The notes below the pieces were generated by a model that was not told the DNA's origin, ran no database searches, and saw nothing but the letters and a program-made list of their open reading frames with translations. Of a stretch of 64,000 bases of DNA, positions 60,283-64,000 are shown piece by piece. A program made the position numbers and the translations under genes. Each line of letters begins with the position of its first letter. The first letter of the stretch is position 1. This DNA comes from Octopus bimaculoides (lineage: Eukaryota): positions 41,671,311 through 41,735,310 of the forward strand of contig NC_068999.1 of the NCBI RefSeq assembly GCF_001194135.2, given 5' to 3'.

Positions 60283-62596
60283 CTTTTCTACTCTAGGCAC
60301 AAGGCCCGAAATTTTTGGGGAGGTTGGGGGGGCCAGTCGATAAGATCGACTCCAGTACACAACTGGTAGTTAATTTATCAACCTCGAAAGGATGAAAGGC
60401 AAGGTTGATCTCGGCGGATTTTGAACTCAGAAGGTAAAGACAGACAAAATACCGCTAATCATTTCGCCTGGTGTGCTAACATTTCTCGTTGTGAGATTTA
60501 GTAATAGAAATTTTCTAAGAGGCAGAGTATTTCAACAGAAATATGGTAATAAAAGGGTTAGAAAAAATTTCACCCAGTTTTACTTACTTGTCGTGGGGAA
60601 GAAAAAAACTGCTTGGGAAACGATACCATTCTTTACCCATACACACATTGACTTGTTTATCTGTGGACATAGTATGGATTTCTGGTTTACTGGCAATCTG
60701 ATTCAGCTCCAGATATACATCCATTGGGCCATGATAACCTTCAAAGTGAAAATTATGAAGATAATCACTCATTTTCTTTTAAATACAAAAAAACTCAGTT
60801 GTCTAATGAAAATATTTAATCGTACCTCATAATTTAGTTAGTGGCTAATTAAAAGTATTCAGCAACAAAGAATAAACAAATTTCAGTTATACCTCCTCCT
60901 CCTCCTCCTCACCACTGCCGCCAACATCATCGTTTGATGTCCGTTTTCCATGGTGGCATGGCTTGGATGGTTTGTCAGGCTCTCATGAGCATCAGGCCCA
61001 AATGCCAGCATTGATGTGGTTTCTAAGTCTGGATGCTCTTCCAAGCACTAATGTAGCTAGAGTATGTGCCCCTCCATCTCACCCCAGACCCCACAAAAAA
61101 AAAAAACATATTGCCTACAACATACCCAAAAGTGCTGCCTGGGTTGGACCGCCCCTACTTCCCCCCACCACTAGTGCTTCCAAGTATAACTAATATAATC
61201 ATATTATAATATAGAGTCACCTCTTAATTGTGGGGAAGCTAGGAGATGGCAGGGGTGGTAAACTGCCAACTGAAAGATCAATGGTTTGTATTCCGCCACT
61301 GGAACTGTACAATGTTCATGGTTAAAACACTTACTTCTCAAATAGCCAAAGAATAAGGAGTCTGTAAAAAATCTCCAGAAATTGTCTCTTATATAAGAAT
61401 TTGTCATCATCATTTGAATGTCCCCTTTTCCATGCTTGCATGGGTCAGACAGAGTTTACTGAAGCAGATTTTCTACAACTTGATGCTCTTCCTGTTACCA
61501 ACACTTATCTGTTTCCAAGTTAGGTAATATTTCTCCATGGCCAAACATGATTTTGTAGACTATTGGAAATGAATGACACTGCTTGTACGACGGGGACACT
61601 CATTTACATCTAGCACATGATGTCAAAACAAAGAGACACAAACATACTCACACTCTCTTGCTCTCTCTCATATCTATGCTTATCAGTCACACCTATGCTG
61701 GTTTCATTTTGACTAAACCTTAATGAAAATTCTTGAAAAAAGAAAAGCATGCATGCATGTGTGATGTGTGTGTGTGTCTATGTGAGATGTGTGTTTACCT
61801 TGATAAAGCTGAAGAGTTCTGGAAACAGAAAGAACAGTGAAAATTGCAGCACAAATTACTGAGAGAAAATGGTAACTGTCAGAGGATGAAGACTTCTTGG
61901 ACGAGAACAATGAAGACAATACGTCCTGCAAAGATCAAAAGCAAACAGTTGTTCAGCACATAAACAGTAAACAGTTGTTGTTCATCATATATTACGTAAT
62001 CATGTTTATTATATATTTCAGTAAACATTTGTTTATCACATAAACAGTAAACAGTTGTTTTTCATATAAACAGTAAATTATTGTTCATATATTACAGTAA
62101 ACAGTTATCGTATACATAGTAAACAATTGTTTATCATACATTTTATAGTGAACATTAATTTAGTGATCATGTATTACTACAGAGAGACTTTGATGTCTTA
62201 ATGTAAATTAAATGATGGTATGAATGAAAGTAATATGAAGGAGAAACGAGGAAGAAGATATCTTACCTCCATATAGGTGATTGAAATAGCAGCACCAAGG
62301 GCAAAAAATGGATAGATTGGATAAAGAAAACGTTCTTCCTGAAAAAAAATTTTAAAAGATGCGTGAAGTTTCTGTAGATAATGGGTGTATGTTTTTGTTT
62401 TTTTTGTGTAGGTGTATGTGTGTGGTTAGGAAGTACATTTGGAAACCATTTGGAACATTGTGTAAGTGTCTGTGACAATAGCCTTGGGCTGACCAGTTTC
62501 TAATGAATGGAATTCAATAAATGCAAATGACAATAACCTATTGCAAGTGTGGGCAGGCATGTGCTTCTCTCTCTCTCTCTCTCTGTGCGCACGCAT

Positions 62597-62632
<36 letters not shown>

Positions 62633-62735
62633 TGAAATGGAAGTATATAGTTGATATTACTAACCTTATGAGGTCTTGTAAAGAATATGATGATCCAAAT
62701 AAACATGGGACCCATTGACAGCCACAAAGGAATGT
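58188..62735 (-). CDS. ALG9: Alpha-1,2-mannosyltransferase ALG9, last seven coding exons; 5' part not seen in the window
   Basis: Exons 62735-62665, 62338-62267, 61925-61799, 60738-60588, 59703-59574, 58675-58545 and 58314-58188, phases compatible. PHKEERFLYPIYP, GYHGPMDVY, VNVCMGKEWYRFPSSFFLP, SEFKGQLPKPY, KCHYLIDLD, FRAFYIPF. Confidence 0.95.
60226..60490 (-). mobile_element. Second tRNA-derived SINE family (MetaSINE-like core) with (AAT)n tail; others at about 5028-5200, 30390-30530 and 63635-63760
   Basis: Head ...gaaatgcttagcggtattt...ttctgagttcaaattc, core ctttgcctttcatcctttcggggtcgataaa. The superfamily label is from memory. Confidence 0.7.
61945..62140. repeat. Degenerate minisatellite (cataaacagtaaacagttgtt units) in an ALG9 intron
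   Basis: At least five variant copies, directly visible. Confidence 0.7.
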
Positions 62736-62741
62736 CTGAAA

Positions 62742-62783
<42 letters not shown>

Positions 62784-64000
62784 NNNNNNNNNNNNNNNNN
62801 NNNNNNNNNNNNNNNNNNNNNNNNNNNNNNNNNNGGTTTCATTGGCAATAAAAATCTATGAAAAATTAAAGCAATTACAAATTTTATTTTTATTGCTATA
62901 TGATACTATACAATGTCACCCTTTTGCAATTCCATATCTAATGAAATAAACTGCTTACACATTTCGTTCCATTTTAAAAGCAGTCAAATATTTGGAGGGA
63001 TTTAATAAAGTAAATAATGTTTAAATCATTAAACTGGGGACTGGAAGATATGTTATACAAAATGTTTTAACATGAAGTGATTATGGAAGGTTTTAAAAAT
63101 TCTGTATGAATATTTTAAAACAAGAGTCTTTATATCTTAGAATTAGAAATAGTATCAGACAGGTCATTATCAAAATACATTAACAAGTTAAAATGTCATA
63201 GCTACCTCACAGTAATAACAACAAGAACAATATTAATAATTAGTTACTCCCACCATTATTGTTATTGTTATCATTGAGCCAGGTTTGGTGGCAGAAAGAA
63301 GAGCATCTTGCTGGAGAAACCATGCCAGAGCTGACACCAGAGCATGATGCAGTCTTTGAATCCATCGAATATTATCATGCCATCTAACCCATGCTAGCAT
63401 GGAACATGGATGCTAAATGATGATGATGATATATGAATATACACACACACACACACGCATACACACAATAGGCTTCTTTCAGTTTCTATCTACCAAATCC
63501 ACTCACAAAGTACATTCTGTGTACTTTTCATGCACTTTTGGCTAATTTTTCTGATGAGTTCAGTGCACCTGAGCAGCATTTGTATACAATAAGTTCATTA
63601 TTATTATTATTATTATTACTATTATTATTATTATTAAAGGCAGTGAGCTGGCAGAATTGTTACCGCACTGGACGAAATGCTTAGCAGTATTTTGCCCGTT
63701 GGTATGTTCTGAGTTCAAATTCTGCCGAGGTCTCATTTACATTTCATCCTTTCGGTGTCATCATCATCGTCGTTTAACGTCCGCTTTCCATGCTAGCATG
63801 GGTTGGACGATTTGACTGAGGACTGGTGAAACCGGATGGCAACACCAGGCTCCAGTCTAATTTGGCAGAGTTTCTACAGCTGGATGCCCTTCCTAACGCC
63901 AACCACTCAGAGAGTGTAGTGGGTGCTTTTACGTGTCACCCGCACGAAAACGGCCACGCTCGAAATGGTGTCTTTTATGTGCCACCAGCACAAGCCAGTC

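Noticed and set aside
62263-62478. ORF-track frame over an ALG9 exon suggesting a frameshift
   Set aside because: Counting bases shows the true exon (62338-62267) is intact in another frame: EERFLYPIYPFFALGAAISITYME.

Overview
AT-rich, intron-rich animal genomic DNA with several N gaps. It is most likely a coleoid cephalopod such as Octopus, inferred from the linker-only C2H2 array and the SINE landscape. I reconstructed seven protein-coding genes by hand from splice sites and reading frames. They are: the 3' end of a homocysteine S-methyltransferase (+); a complete 7-exon, 884-aa protein made of two tandem GPR158/179-type ectodomains (Cache + EGF-like) with no 7TM and a GPI-like tail (+); NDUFB6 (-); an intronless 1460-aa DDIAS (-); PSMA1 (+), head-to-head with DDIAS and carrying two U12-type introns; a 10-finger C2H2 gene decaying at both ends (+); and the 3' half of ALG9 (-). 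The rest is mostly SINEs, LINE fragments (RTE, R4/RLE-type), DNA transposon relics and MITEs, and microsatellites. The most unusual signals are minimal hammerhead-ribozyme motifs carried by repeats (one family apparently with a tRNA-like Pol III head) and the 7TM-less tandem Cache protein with a convertase-site linker. No searches or folding programs were run, so family assignments rest on motif recognition.
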